A stretch of DNA of 63,917 bases, filler included, from Octopus bimaculoides (GCF_001194135.2; 7 parts of 7 records of this genome joined end to end with filler, not necessarily neighbours in it); one strand, 5' to 3'. Shown: positions 12,341-25,759, numbered from the whole stretch's first letter. Numbers and translations are program-made. The notes: generated by a model not told the origin, from the sequence alone.

Positions 12341-14258
12341 TTATTATTATTAACAGAGATGCTTTCATCCTTGGTAATCCCACTGGTGGCATGTGAAAAG
12401 CACTTGTGCTGGTGTCACACAAAAAGCACCTGTGCCAGTGTCACATAAAAAGCACCCTGTACACCCTGTGAAGTGGTTGGCACTACAAAGGCCATTCAGC
12501 CATAGAAACCAAGCCAAAGCAGACAGATGGAGCCTGATGTAGCTCTAAGGCTTAGCAGCTCCTGTTGAACTGTTCAATCCATGCCAGCATGGAAAACAGA
12601 TGCTAAATGACGATGATGATGATGATGATATAACACACACACACACAAGTTGCAATATTCAAGATAAGCTTTCCATTAGCAACCTAAGTCTAGTAGAAGG
12701 AATACAAGTGGGGCATCAACAATGACTTCAATGGCGAAAAGTGAATTCACAAAAGAATGCAAATGGTTGAGTTGATAGCATTTCCATCTTGCCACTGTAG
12801 CTGTGTTGTGTCCAGAGTCAAGTCCAGCAGATAAGTAACATGGGTTGTATAATTGATACTGTTATATAATTTGTACAGTAGAACTAATGCTTCTGGTTCC
12901 AATATGCCTGAAACTGACTCTGGATCTATGATACAAATTTTCCGTTTTAAAATGATATAAATTAAAACCTAGCAAACCACAGCAATTTATGATCCAAATA
13001 CCAACTTAATATGGACAAAATTATTTTATCAAACTTTTCATTATTTTTCAAAATTATTCGAATGAAAGACATTATATATCAACTAATATAAACATAAAGT
13101 AACAAAATGTTAAAATGTTTATTTTGCATTATCATTCAATGTGTTGATTTCAATTGCATTTGAAGGGAAGCAACTTTTAGTAGATGAGCCTCTTATATAG
13201 CTTGAAGTTTATCTCTGATCTGTTCAATGCTATAGAAGCCAAAATTGAGCATTAAACCTGAGCTGTGGTTAGGAAAGTCTTACCAATTTTAGTTCACGAG
13301 TTCTTAGGATCGTAAGTTTCATCAACTGATTCTGTGGCACATTGTGTATTAAGAATAAAATTCCTCAAACTTTGCTCTTATAATATTCAGTGAAAATTAT
13401 ATAATGATGTGTATCATTAGAATGATAGAAATGGTAGAGGGCCAGACCAAATGCCTAACATCTAACCACATTTCTTTATGTTCTGAGTTTAAATCCTGCC
13501 AATATTAACTTTGCCATTCATTCTCCTGGGGTCAATAAAATAAAAGCCAGTCTTGTAAAGAGTTGAAGTGATTAACAAAAATCCTTTTCCTTATTTTTTA
13601 AAAAGTTTTTGTGATAAAGTTAGAAATTTAGAAATCACTGATAATAATTATTTAGTCGTGGTTAACTCCTAAGGCTTTCTCCCTACAGTGCAAACCAAAG
13701 AACAATTCAACAGGTAAAACTAGTAGAGTTGCCCTTCACCCATTTCTGCAAAGAGACAATTGTGTGCTTTAACCATGGGGTTTATGTGCATAGCAATGCT
13801 AAGGTTAAATATATGTATTTATCAACTGTACTCTTGTAAATTTATTTCTAACTCATATAAAAGAATAACTAATTAGCTTTACAAATAGGAGGATGAGAAC
13901 TTAATACATAAAGCAGATTATATGAAGTTGCTTTTATTATTATTATAATTATAATAATAATTATTATTACTATTATTATTATTATTATTATTGTTATTGT
14001 TATTATCATTATAAGCTGAGAATACTACAGGAGTTAAGGACCTAGAGTTTTTTGCGAAAATACTTATAAAACAAAGATTGGAAAATGTATGGAAAGTGTT
14101 TTTCTACTGTTGTCATGGAACTATCTATGTGTACAGGTGTATATGCTGGGTTCTCTTAAACAAACAATGTAGAACTTGGGTGAATGCTTTTACTAAAATG
14201 AATGTATGCAAATGAGCGTGCACACACAAGTGCATCATTAGCACGTGTAGCTGTCAAG

Positions 14259-14292
<34 letters not shown>

Positions 14293-15329
14293 TGCGTGCG
14301 CATGCATGTGTACGTGTGCACATCTGTGTGTTGTCTTTACTTTGTCTAAATTCATAATACTGACGATACTGATTTATTTTTCTTTGTAGAAAGTTTACCA
14401 AAAGTGGCTTGTGTCATGAATTTGGACAAGGCAATAAAAGTAACACACACACACACAGCATGTGTGTTTCTACAAACCTCAGTTTCTACAAGTACACATA
14501 TATACATATCAAATTTCACATCCTCAAGCTGCTACACCAATAACTTTTTCACATTTATCCACTGTAATCATTGTAACTTTGATAGTAATTTTTAAAATCC
14601 TTTTAATGATTCTCAAAACTGTACAATAAATGGATCTCACATTCTTTTCACTGAAGTGAAAAGTACTTTGGCATAAAATTCTAAGCCTCCATGTGACTAT
14701 TGTAGTATTCTCATTTAATAAAAAAAATCCTATGCATACATATATTTATGTTAAAAGAATGATGTGTATAACAATTATAATGTTTATATAAATGTAAAAT
14801 GGCACCAGCTGGAATATTTTTTGTCAGTGAAATTTCTCTCAAGAGAATTTGTGTGTTGAAAAGACGGCTGGCTTGGAATGATTTCAGTGAGACATCAGAC
14901 ACTGGTATTTTGGTTTTATTTAATCTCATCAGTGACAAACAACTCTAGACATTCTGAGCTAAATCAGAGCATGTAGTCTTTTTAATACATTCTCTTAAGA
15001 GAAGTTTTATGAAACAATATATTACAGCTGGTATAGTTCTATATTTGTATATACATTATATATGTTTACACATTAAACGCAGCATTATTTTAACCCAGTG
15101 CTATTTCAAGTGCATGTATTGATTTAAATATATGTGTGTATACATATATATATGTACACACACACATATATATAGCAAGTGAGATAAATAAAGAATTTGT
15201 TGGTATGTTATGTAGAGAAAGAGTAAATTGTAGGCAGGTTATTTAAAGAAAACCCAACATTCTGCTTGTTAGTAATATCAAAAGCAAACCCACATAGCAC
15301 TTGTTAGTAATAAGTAATTCTTAGTCGTT

Positions 15330-16103
15330 TTAGTTCATAGTTACCATAGACTTTGTTTCTAACTGGTATTGTACAGAAAGAGGTCTTGGGGAGAATCTAA
15401 TTATTGTTCCAGGTAGTTGTTGCTGTTTACCGGGCCATTGAAATTTATTAGAGATTGATTCATGAGTTCTTAGAATAGGAGCTGAATTACTTTCACATAT
15501 TAAACTGGAATTATTTAATGGTACATTACACATATTACTTGTAAATGTCATTAATTTTGGAGTTGATCCAAACCCTTTCATGTCATTTTTTATAAGATTT
15601 TGTGGTTTTGAATATTCAGTAGAAGAAGCCGAAATCTTTGTTGGTGTGGAAAATCTCTCTGTTGTTCTTTCATCGAAATTGAAGGCAAAGTGTTCTCCGT
15701 TCTGAGAATCAAGCTTATCTGGGAAAATTTTCTTAACAGGCAAATTTAATGTTTTGGAATAATCTGATCCCTTTGAAAGAATTGATCCCAAGGATAACGG
15801 TGTTTCAGGAGTCGAAGCACCGGATGAAGAAAAGTTTAGTGGGGTCGAAACACTAAATGAGCGAAAGTTTGGGGACATTATGTCGCTTGTTGAAAGAAAT
15901 ACACCACTATCATGTAATTTGGAATCTTCAGAGTTATTCAGTGTAGACATTTGTGGTTCACTGGCAGAAGGATTTAAGGCTGGTGGGGGAATATTCCAAA
16001 CAGTTGACCATTTTTGAAAATTAGCTTTCTTAGACAATTCCTTACTTCTTCTATAAATTTCATTCAGCCTTGCTTGGTTGGCTCTTATTTGAGCTGCTAG
16101 AGC
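15330..16103 (-). CDS. Apparent terminal exon of a spectrin-repeat (nesprin/spectraplakin-like) gene: end of a helical repeat plus Ser/Thr/Pro-rich tail
   Basis: Acceptor TTGTTTTCAG at 16104-16113, phase 0; ALAAQIRANQARLNEIYRRSKELSKK continues the preceding exon; open 257 codons to TAA at 15330-15332. Confidence 0.8.
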   Translation of the reverse strand, partial: ALAAQIRANQARLNEIYRRSKELSKKANFQKWSTVWNIPPPALNPSASEPQMSTLNNSEDSKLHDSGVFLSTSDIMSPNFRSFSVSTPLNFSSSGASTPETPLSLGSILSKGSDYSKTLNLPVKKIFPDKLDSQNGEHFAFNFDERTTERFSTPTKISASSTEYSKPQNLIKNDMKGFGSTPKLMTFTSNMCNVPLNNSSLICESNSAPILRTHESISNKFQWPGKQQQLPGTIIRFSPRPLSVQYQLETKSMVTMN

Positions 16104-16834
16104 CTGAAAACAATTTGGTTACTCTTTATCAAAGCATGCTAAATAGAAAATAACTATATCCATGATTCATTAGTCAGTGTTAAACAGCAACTACATACAA
16201 AGCAATATATAATATATGTATATGTGAAATATGCATACATTGGTAAATGTGTGTGTCTGTGATATACACATATTTATAAACATGTGTGTGACATGCATAC
16301 ATTAATAAACATATGTGTGTGTGATGTATAAACATTTGTAAACCTCTGTGTGTGTGTGTGTGTGTGTTATGTGTGTGAAATGCATATATTTGTTATGTAT
16401 GATATGTGCGATACACATACAGTTGTAACATGTGATATACATACATTTGTAAATATCTGTAGGTGAAATGTACATATACTTATAAACATAGATGTGTCGT
16501 TGTAAACATGAGTGTGTGTGTGTGCGTGATATTTTCTTTTCTTATTCACAGGACAGTAATCCACCAATCATTTCAGTGTACTTTAGCACTGGATCTGATA
16601 ACAGATGTGTATAAATGATGTGGTTGCTGATATAGCAACTTATTCCACATTAAAACATATCACACATAAATCAGCCATCACCAGGTGGACATCTTCCTCA
16701 GCCACAAGAAATATCCACCACACACACACACACACATTCACAGATACACATACACGGATATTCAAAAGCAAGTGAATCAAACAAGACATATAACATAGCT
16801 ATTAGAGAAATAAGCACAGAGAGAGAGAGGGGGA

Positions 16835-16881
<47 letters not shown>

Positions 16882-18511
16882 CAGACAGTAGTGAGATCAA
16901 TAGAAATGAAGAATTGACAACTTGTATTACAACAGTTATTGAGACATTCTTTACAATATGAATCACAACTATTGTCACTTACAATAAAGAAGGAGGGTTA
17001 GAGTTAGAGGAGATGCTACATGGTTAGGGTATGGTTTTAAATATGTTTACCTTTAGAAAAAAAAATGCTGAACTGAAATTGTAGATTTTTGCTAAAACTA
17101 AAATTCAGTCATCATTACTATTATCATAATCCATATATACATGGTAGGCTAGAAGTAACTACCTTAAGTTTTAATTAGAATTTTAAAGTCCATATTTGTC
17201 AAGCTGTGCTCTGAATACCATAATCAGACAATCAGACACATGTTTCTGCATGATTACACTTCATCAGTGATAGACACAGCATCAGTTGTTCATAGCTCAG
17301 TCAAAACTGCCATTCTTATATGTAAACAACAAAATACACATTTGCTGGCATGTGCAAAATCTTGTCAAACCAGGATTAATTATAAGCATACAAAGCAATG
17401 GTTATTAAACTGAAGTTGTGTACATTTAAATTTGACATGCTCATGTACATTCAAACATGGAAAGACATTCACTGTGGTTATTGAAGTTATTAATCTTCAT
17501 TGCTTAGTATTTTTATAATCAATTTATATTTTTCTTTCCTTTTTAAGTTATCATGGTGTTCTGTATTACTATTTTATTAAAAGATTTCTTTTAGTTTCAA
17601 ATGTATTATTTATTCATATTAAAAAGTTAAAGTAGTTACTTTGGCCCATCTTGTACAAAATTTAATAAGCCGTATATGGTATTATAGTTATATATGTGAA
17701 TCCATAGAAGATGTATGGATTACTACTCAACAGATTGATATACTCAAATAAATTTACAGCACAATTTTCTCTCAGATAATATGTTAGTGGAAAGTATATT
17801 GTAATGGTTGGGTGTAATAATGAAATGGATTTTCTAACACAAGCCATGGCAGGATTAAAGAAAGAGCAAATGACAATAACTGTGACAAAGATATTTATAA
17901 AGAATGTTATTAACTCACAATTAATATGGGTAATAATACATAGACAGAGTGAATACATAAATTATAGATAAACATATTGAAAACACACAAAGGAACATAG
18001 AAATGAAATCACATCTCCCATGATGGTTTTACACGCCATTTTCTAGAAGTGCACAGAAATATATAAACATTACTTATAAACTGAAAGTGGTGAGGGTTAA
18101 TTATTAAAGAGTCATAGTGGATGGAGAGGATTGCGAAATCATAAAGAAGATCAGAACATCATATTGAAGTGATTTCCATGTTGTAATAGATAAGTTAATT
18201 TTTTCATAGCTCCTACTTTTGATAGTTCTTAATATGTAATCATTAGTTATAATTAATTCTATTATTGAGACATATATATATTTTTTCAACTAGTTGTAGC
18301 TATTTTACTTCTATTGTTGTTTCTTACATATTTTACAAGCTCCACAATGGCTCTGAACTTTTGATATGAAACGTGTTATTCACCTCAATATACTGGAAGA
18401 ATCTTTATTGTAATTTATGACTGTTTGGTTCAGTTGATATATTCATACTCCACACTAGTATTCTGTGACTATTTAGAATGAATTATGCCAGTTTTTTTGT
18501 CATGGTAATTT

Positions 18512-18680
18512 GTTATGTAGACACCATAGTATGGTTAAGAAATTCACTTTGTAACCATGTGATTCTGGGTTCAATCCTACTGTATGACATGTCAGGAAAG
18601 TGGGGTCTAATATAGCCTTTGACTGTCCAATGTGTAGTGAAGGAAATTTGGTAAACAAAAACTGTGCAGAAGCTTCATAT
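18512..18680 (+). mobile_element. SINE family A 5' half, decayed (another at 21555-21690)
   Basis: ATGGTTAAGAAATTCACTTTGTAACCATGTGATTCTGGGTTCAATCCTACTG head. Confidence 0.6.
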
Positions 18681-19967
18681 ATATATATATACACGCATAA
18701 CATTTATATATGTATATGTATGTATATATTGGGAAAACATATACACATTAGAGAGAAATAGTGAATAAATCAGTGCATTGAAGAAAATTATTTTGAGGTG
18801 TATATTTTATCTGAGTTGCACAAGGACTCCCTTGTGTTTCTCACCTAAACTTTGGGGACAGAGTGAACTAGTGACTGATTGGTACAGTAGAAACTATAAC
18901 TAATGATAGTATTATTCTCAAAATACATGATACAAATAAATATAAAAGCCAGTTTTTGAAGTAGTATAACATGGTTAAATTGAACCTACCCTAGCATATT
19001 ACTGGTACTTATTTTAACAATTCTAAAGGAATGACATGCAGAGTTAACTCTGGTAATAAAGAAGAGAACTAAAGCAATTAGTGAAATATTATATGGTTTC
19101 TGCTACTTCATCACTAGTTTTTAATACAGATCATGGTTTAGTAGCATTAGTATGAGGCCTCTTCTGACATTTAAATCATGGTAGAACTCTATAAAATCTG
19201 TTAGCTGTTCATTCATTTTCTAAATTCTACAATGCTTCACAACTGGCTTTTACATACAGATGATGTCTTCTATATATTTAAATGCAGCCATGTGTTAGAG
19301 AATGTAATATCATGGTAAACACTGACTCAAGCTTTAAAGAAAACATAGTAATTTATTTGAGTATTTACTTTACTACTGTAGCTCTTTAAAAGTCGATAAA
19401 GCCATGATCATTTAAAATTAGTTAAGGGGAAAAAAATTTATAAATTTCTATTGTATTCTTTCAGTTTCCAATACCTAAGCACTATTCTTATTTGGCACTC
19501 TGCCAAAAAAAATTGCTTCTTTTTTTTCTGTCTCTCTTTACAACACACTCCAATAATTCAATTTTTACTTTTTACTAAATTGAATTTAGCTGATGCACAC
19601 CAATACTCGTCTCTTCAAATGATTACATTATATACAGAAGTATATTTGCGAGCATTTAAAACCAATCAGTGTCGTTCATGTTTTGTATAGAAAATATATC
19701 TATTAACACATTTTTTTTATATATAGAAAACTTAGAAACATTTTTGCTACAAAAATTTATTTTTCATTCTTAAGATCATCTTATAAATTTCATTATATTT
19801 TTGCATAAGTCTATTTAGTTTTAAAAAAAAAGTATTCATGATTTAAAGTGACGATAAGTGTTCTGGACTTATGGTAAGAAAAAATGTTTCTAGATTAAAG
19901 GTGAGAAAAAAAAAAGTGTTCTGGATTAAAGATGAGAAAAAGAGACAAAGTAAACTTCACTATTTAC

Positions 19968-20279
19968 CTCATTTTCTTGCTTTTCTCTTCTTAAAATTTC
20001 TATATCTGCTGATGTATTGTAGGTATGGAACAATTTGGTCTGCACAGAAGACAAAGCTGTTTTGACATGCTTTATCTCTTGATCATTCTCTTCTTTCTGT
20101 TTGACAGCCTTCAATAACCAATCATGGTGTTCTTTAGCTGACTTGTGTAATTCTTCAATTTCAGACATTAATGAGGAATGCTGAGAACTTTTGTAGCTGG
20201 CATTCTGCATTTGACTTGGCAGTAATTGTAGTAAGTTTTCTGTCTTTTTCTTCTGATTTTCTATATCTTCTAGAATTTT
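19968..20279 (-). CDS. Internal exon (312 nt, 104 aa), spectrin-repeat-like
   Basis: Acceptor TAATACAG, donor GAG|GTAAAT, phase 0/0; KILEDIENQKKKTENLL...ELHKSAKEHHDWLLKA...LRREKQENE with the conserved helix-A Trp. Confidence 0.85.
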
Positions 20280-21084
20280 CTGTATTAGTTAAAATAAGAT
20301 TAAGAAAAATTGATATTTCTTAATGGGACTGTTTTCTTTTTTAATTTTAATGACAAACCATGCAAACAGAGAAACAGTGATGTTAAAAGTGGCAATGGTA
20401 TGGTTCTGGTCAGGGAAAAAGGAAAAATTCCCAGACTACAACCAGACAAATAGTCCCGTTTTGTTCTGGGAATATGAATATGAGTATTGAAATGTAGGCC
20501 AGGCACCTTGGGATTAACTTTGCCTTTCATCCTCCAGGGATTGATAAATAAAGCATCAGTCTAGGGTTTGGGTTAGTGAAATTGTTAGGGCCTTGGATAG
20601 GATGCCTTATGTTATTTTTCTCAGCCCTTAACATTTTGAGTTCAAATCCTGCTGCAGCCTATTTGTGGGGCAGACTTAATATGTCACCTGTTGTAATACC
20701 ACCACATGGCCTCAAGTGCTTTAAATGGAATCTAGTCCACTGTAAGCGTTCAGATTAAAATGCATTGGCTTGACAATGACTTCTTAATACCCTCCCTCCA
20801 AAACATCAGTTTTGAAGGCTTTGGAAAGGGTCACAGGCACTACCATTTTCCATAACTAAGCAAAAAAAAAACAAATAATAATCCTTTCTGTGGGCATAAG
20901 ACTTGAAATCTGGAGGATACATTGACCCCAGTGTTTCACTGGTACTTAATTTATCAACCCTGAAAGGATGAAAGGTAAAGTTGGCTTCAACAGAATTTGA
21001 ACCCAGAATGTAAAGACAGACAAAATACCACTAAACATTTTGCTCAGCATGTTAATGATTCTGCCAGCTTCCCACCTAATATAA

Positions 21085-21545
21085 TAACGCCACTGCTGCC
21101 GCCGACGATATAATGCCCGGATATGTTATGTGCATCTCTGATCATGAGCAGAAGTAGAGGGGGAACATTATAGCCATGTGTTGAGAGGAATTCTTTGGGG
21201 TTTGAATAATTCACCTTTGAAAACATGGGTATTTCATTCAACATCCTTAAACGAACCTTATTCAGGAACCTTTTGAGCGAGATGGACTACTCAACTTGCA
21301 GAAAATTTTAACTGGGCCCCACCTGCAAGTTCATGCACTGCTTATCTTGATATGAGATCTCTATGTTGTGCACATATGGTTGTGATGCATGTGCCTGGTA
21401 CATCCTCATCAGGATATACCAGGTATACCCACCATGACGGGTAGTCATGATGGGTATAGTGGGCTTCATATATCTGTACTCCAGCATCACTTTGATGGCA
21501 TGCACTGCTCTCTCACTCGATAATAGTAATAATAATAATAATAAT
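21085..21545 (+). mobile_element. AAT-flanked interspersed repeat (family D), decayed and 5'-truncated
   Basis: Aligns by eye to 63141-63539 (TGTGCATCTCTGATCA.GAGCAGAAGTAG...AACTGGGCCCCACCTGCAAG...CTCTCTCACTC), followed by (TAA)n. Confidence 0.85.
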
Positions 21546-21680
21546 AAATTAATAGGTGCAGGTCTGGCTGTGTGGTGAAGAAGACTCATTCCTAATTCTA
21601 TGGCTTCAGATCCACTGCATGGCACCTTGGGCAAATGTGTTGTGAGTGGAATTGATAAATGGAAATAGAAATAAGCCTGT

Positions 21681-21718
<38 letters not shown>

Positions 21719-21944
21719 TAAGCTTCTTTATCTTGACATCAAGTGATAGTTGTTAATGAATGTTACTGCCATACAAGGGAAGCCATTCATTTCCAATCAT
21801 CCATGAAAACTATGCCCAGCCAATGGGAAATAGTACCCTGCATGGAAACAAGTGAGAGCTGGCAACAGGAAAGGCTTCTGGTTGTAGAAAGTCTGCCTCA
21901 GTAAATTCTGTCTGACCCATGCAAGCATGTGCCTCCACTATACA

Positions 21945-22170
21945 ATGGAAGCACATAGTTTAGTGATTAGTATGTTGAACTCATGATCATAAGATTGTGG
22001 CTTTGATTCTTGGATTAGGTGATGTATTGTATTCTTGAGCAAAACACTTCATTGCACATTGAAATGAGCAATCCTGTGACGGACTGGTGTTCTGTCCAGG
22101 GAGGAATACATATGTCAGAGAACCCAAGGAAACTGACCCTATACTTGTTAGAGAGTAATGTGGATTAACC
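21945..22170 (+). mobile_element. tRNA-derived SINE with V-domain-like core, CpG-decayed
   Basis: Head homologous to the 30032-30125 copy; internal CCTGTGACGGACTGGTGTTCTGTCCAGGG resembles the V-SINE conserved domain. Confidence 0.6.
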
Positions 22171-22228
22171 ATGGATGTTAAAGCAATAAAGATGATAAGA
22201 ATAAAGATGGTGATGATGAAATACCTAC

Positions 22229-22534
22229 CTCATTGAGAGATAATTGGTCCTGTAATGTGAGAGTTGTATCACTAACATGTAACTGCTGCCGAGTAAAGAC
22301 GAGCCATTCATTCATAGATTTCAGTTGGTTTTCAAACTCAGCCACTTGAGACATAGCATCGTCAAGAGAAGTAAAATTGTTGTTCACTTTACCACGCATG
22401 TTGAAAAGACGTTGACTAATAAGAGAGACGTGATGTGCTGGCTCACTGGCATCAGATATCTGGGCAAGATGTTTTACAGTGCTGTTCAGATAGTCTACCT
22501 TACTTTGGTTCTCCAACAGCTCTGTGGATAATCT
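22229..22534 (-). CDS. Internal exon (306 nt, 102 aa), spectrin-repeat-like
   Basis: Acceptor TTATTACAG, donor GAG|GTAGGT, phase 0/0; RLSTELLENQSKVDYLN...SQVAEFENQLKSMNEWLVFTRQQL...QDQLSLNE. Confidence 0.85.
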
Positions 22535-23023
22535 CTGTAATAAAAATAAAAATAAAGGCAATAGATAACCAGTTAATAATTGTAAAAGAAATATTTTTTT
22601 TTAATTCAATGTTCATGATATCAACAAGTTCAATAAAAAAATAAAAATGGTAAGGTAGCAGCAAAATCAAAGAACAAACCAATTTTCAATTTCAACTCGT
22701 ATACATTTCACTTGTATTGGAAAAACATATATAAATATCACAACTCTCATTCCATCACCTTTCCTCACAAAATCAATGAAACTAGTTGCTAATAGTTAGA
22801 TAATCTGTTTTTTGAAATAGTAAAGCAACCAACCTTATACATTTTATAATACACACATACACATATATACAGGGTAGGCCAAAAGTCATGCACAAAATAA
22901 GTTCAATATGCTCTGGAATAGTCAAAGACATGCATCAACTTTCCTAATGATGAATACGCATGTACTTGTACATGATGAACAAAATGAATAATAATAATAA
23001 TAATGATGATGATAATGATGATG

Positions 23024-23056
<33 letters not shown>

Positions 23057-23319
23057 TCAATAACAATAACAAAAGCACTCAAAGAGCGCAAACTTCCACC
23101 AAGGCAACACCAACATCTTCTCAACAATTAGCTGGGGATGATTTTTAAAATGAGAATATCTGAAATAAACTTGACTGCTCTCACAAATGAGAATACTAAA
23201 AATGAGCCTGACCGTTCTCAAAAATTAAGTAAAAAAATGGAAAAATAATCCAGAATCCTTGTCCAGTACCTGATCAATCCCAATGGTAGTTATGCAATGT
23301 GAAAGTGGGTTGTGTTTGT

Positions 23320-23640
23320 AATGCTGTGTGTCGTCTGCAGTGGAAACAGGGACAGTTTTCTCTATGAAAGCCTTTTTCAGTCTATCCACTGATATAGTGT
23401 CTTAATGGCCATTAAGGTCTATAGTGAAAAATTTATCTGTGCATGAAAGAAAACAGAAGGGGCCTGCATACAGTGCTGTTAATGGAGGTTTAACAACATC
23501 ATTGTGCACAAAATGTGAGTCCAAGAAGTAAAGCTTTCTTCAAGGCAGAACTAGAAATGCAACTGTCAAGAAGGTAAGAGGTTTTAAACAAGAGCAATAT
23601 ATTCAAAATTGGTAAAGCTAAAAATTGTGAAGGATAAATT
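23320..23640 (-). mobile_element. Ty3/Gypsy integrase C-terminal (GPY/F) remnant
   Basis: Minus frame reads SHFVHNDVVKPPLTALYAGPFCFLSCTDKFFTIDLNGH*DTISVDRLKKAFIE, matching the PPY.GPF...VS.DRLKPA pattern. Confidence 0.75.
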
Positions 23641-24045
23641 AGATTTATTATTGTTACTGAATATGTTAGTGTTATTTAATTTCTGAATGGTTTTGCTGCT
23701 GTTTGTTTATGTAATTTGATTTCTTTATCCATTAGTTTCTACTAAGATAGAGACATGAATAAAATTAATAATAGAGAAACGAAAACAAAATTTGGGAAAC
23801 AGCAACACTGTCATAGCTTACATGGAAAACATAAGCCTGCTTTCAAGGGAGATAATCAGAGAAAGCCTTGAAAGCCAACATAAGATCATAATACAGGGTT
23901 TTCAAAAACTCTATCTGCAGTAAATATTTTATGGTAAAATACACACATACACATTTATATGCACCTATATATACATGCATATATTTATATATGCATATAT
24001 ATAATTATATGTATATACATATAAACACAATTATATATATATACA

Positions 24046-24123
<78 letters not shown>

Positions 24124-24125
<2 letters not shown>

Positions 24126-24930
24126 AGGGATACTGAAAAGTAATGTTGCATTTCATGTAATGAGTTAAAATCAACATAAAACATATTGTAACTTTATTTA
24201 TTCATTCTAAATATAATCTCCCTTTTTAGCAAAAACATTTTCCCATGTTGAAACCAATTTTCTGATTCCTCAGGCAAAAGAAAAATCTGATTCTTTAGAA
24301 GAGAAAAATGTCTGGAGCGTTGTTTCAACATCATTTCTGCTTCTGAATGTTTTTCCACTGGTAAAGTGCTCAAGCGACCTGAGGAAGTGAAAATCCAATG
24401 GTGCTAGGTCTGCTGATTACAGAAAGTGAAGCAGAGCTTCCCTACCTAATGAATTTATCTTTTCTTGAGTTATCTCTGCAGAATGTCATCTTGCATTATC
24501 ATGACTTCAGTTGACTAAAGCTGTTTTTTGAGCAAAACTTGACTGATATACTCAAATTGTTGATAATATAATGCTCTGCAGTGATGCTTTATTCTTTGTT
24601 TCAATACTTTGAATTGAAAGTGTAGATCTAGCTTGGATGTTGGAACTGGATTTTCATTTGGCAATAGCCACTGCTTTTTACATTTATTGTTCACATAAAC
24701 TATCCATTCCTTACATATTCAGGTCACTTGAACACTTAAAGGCAATGTTGAAATGGCCTTCCAAATATTCTTCTCTTCTAAAGCACCGCAGAACCAGAAA
24801 ACTGGCTTCAAGGTGGGAAAATGTTATTGGTAATGATGATGATTATATTTAGATTGAATAAATACAGTTACAATACGTTTTAAGCTGATTTGAACTCATC
24901 ACATATGTTACGTTACTTTCTGGTACCCTG
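24124..24930. mobile_element. Fold-back mariner derivative with two right ends
   Basis: Minus strand 24207-24620 encodes the C-terminal half (HDNAR, DLAPLDFHFLRSLEH...RKLVSTWE..GDYI*); plus strand 24625-24852 repeats the C-terminus; termini 24124-24220 and 24840-24930 are inverted repeats. Confidence 0.75.
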
Positions 24931-25431
24931 ATATCTATACAGTTAAGGTATATTCTGTTAAGATATATTCTGTAGTAGAGTAATGCTTATCCACCTTCAG
25001 ATTTATCCTGTGCTATCCAGTAGTAGTATTATACATACTTCCAGGTTTGTGTTTGGGCATCTGGTATGTGTGAATATATAATTGAGAAAATTGGAGTCAA
25101 CAAGATGGGGTACGGTTGACCATTCATTTTTTAATTACTATAATTGTTTCCACATATATATGTTGTCTGATCAATAAGAATCCAGACTGGTGCCGTAATA
25201 ACAAAGCTAGAGCATGCAGAGTGAAGCTGCTTAGCACAGATTGACCTTGAACTCTGCTGTGCATGTGCACTAAATTTTAACATTCTAGTTTATTTCTGCT
25301 GTTTAAAACAGTGCTTGGAAATAAGGTGTGTAGTGTGTGATCCATTTGGCTAGTCTTGAAGTGAACATGTGTAAACACGTGTAGGTCATAATAATATGTT
25401 GCATACAATTGTAAAATAAGCGAAAATAAAT

Positions 25432-25492
25432 TTTGAGGATGAACAAGTCTCAATACTCTATATCATTATTACTAATATATACTCCAAACAAT
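25432..25492 (+). repeat. 61-bp direct repeat, second copy at 27442-27502
   Basis: TTTGAGGATGAACAAGTCTCAATACTCTATATCATTATTACTAATATATACTCCA(A/G)ACAAT, one mismatch. Confidence 0.95.
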
Positions 25493-25710
25493 ATTACTGT
25501 CCAGCAAAACGAACATAGAATTACCCATTGGAAGAATTTACAGAGTGACTGACAACTAATAGTAGTCACAGACATTAAATAATGATTGATGTGGTTAGCC
25601 ATAAACTGGAACTTAATTGAGAGCTGCGAGAGTATCCGCCCAGATCACCAGATTATGTATCCCTCCAAATTCACACACACACACATATATATGCATATAT
25701 ATACATATAC

Positions 25711-25759
<49 letters not shown>

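Noticed and set aside
14711-14938. 75-aa minus-strand ORF as a downstream exon of the spectrin-repeat gene
   Set aside because: No convincing in-phase acceptor; candidate acceptors run into stops and the peptide has no recognisable domain
17160-17300. Strong minus-strand donor AAG|GTAAGT near 17165
   Set aside because: All three frames have stops just upstream, so it is not a coding exon; a non-coding exon cannot be excluded
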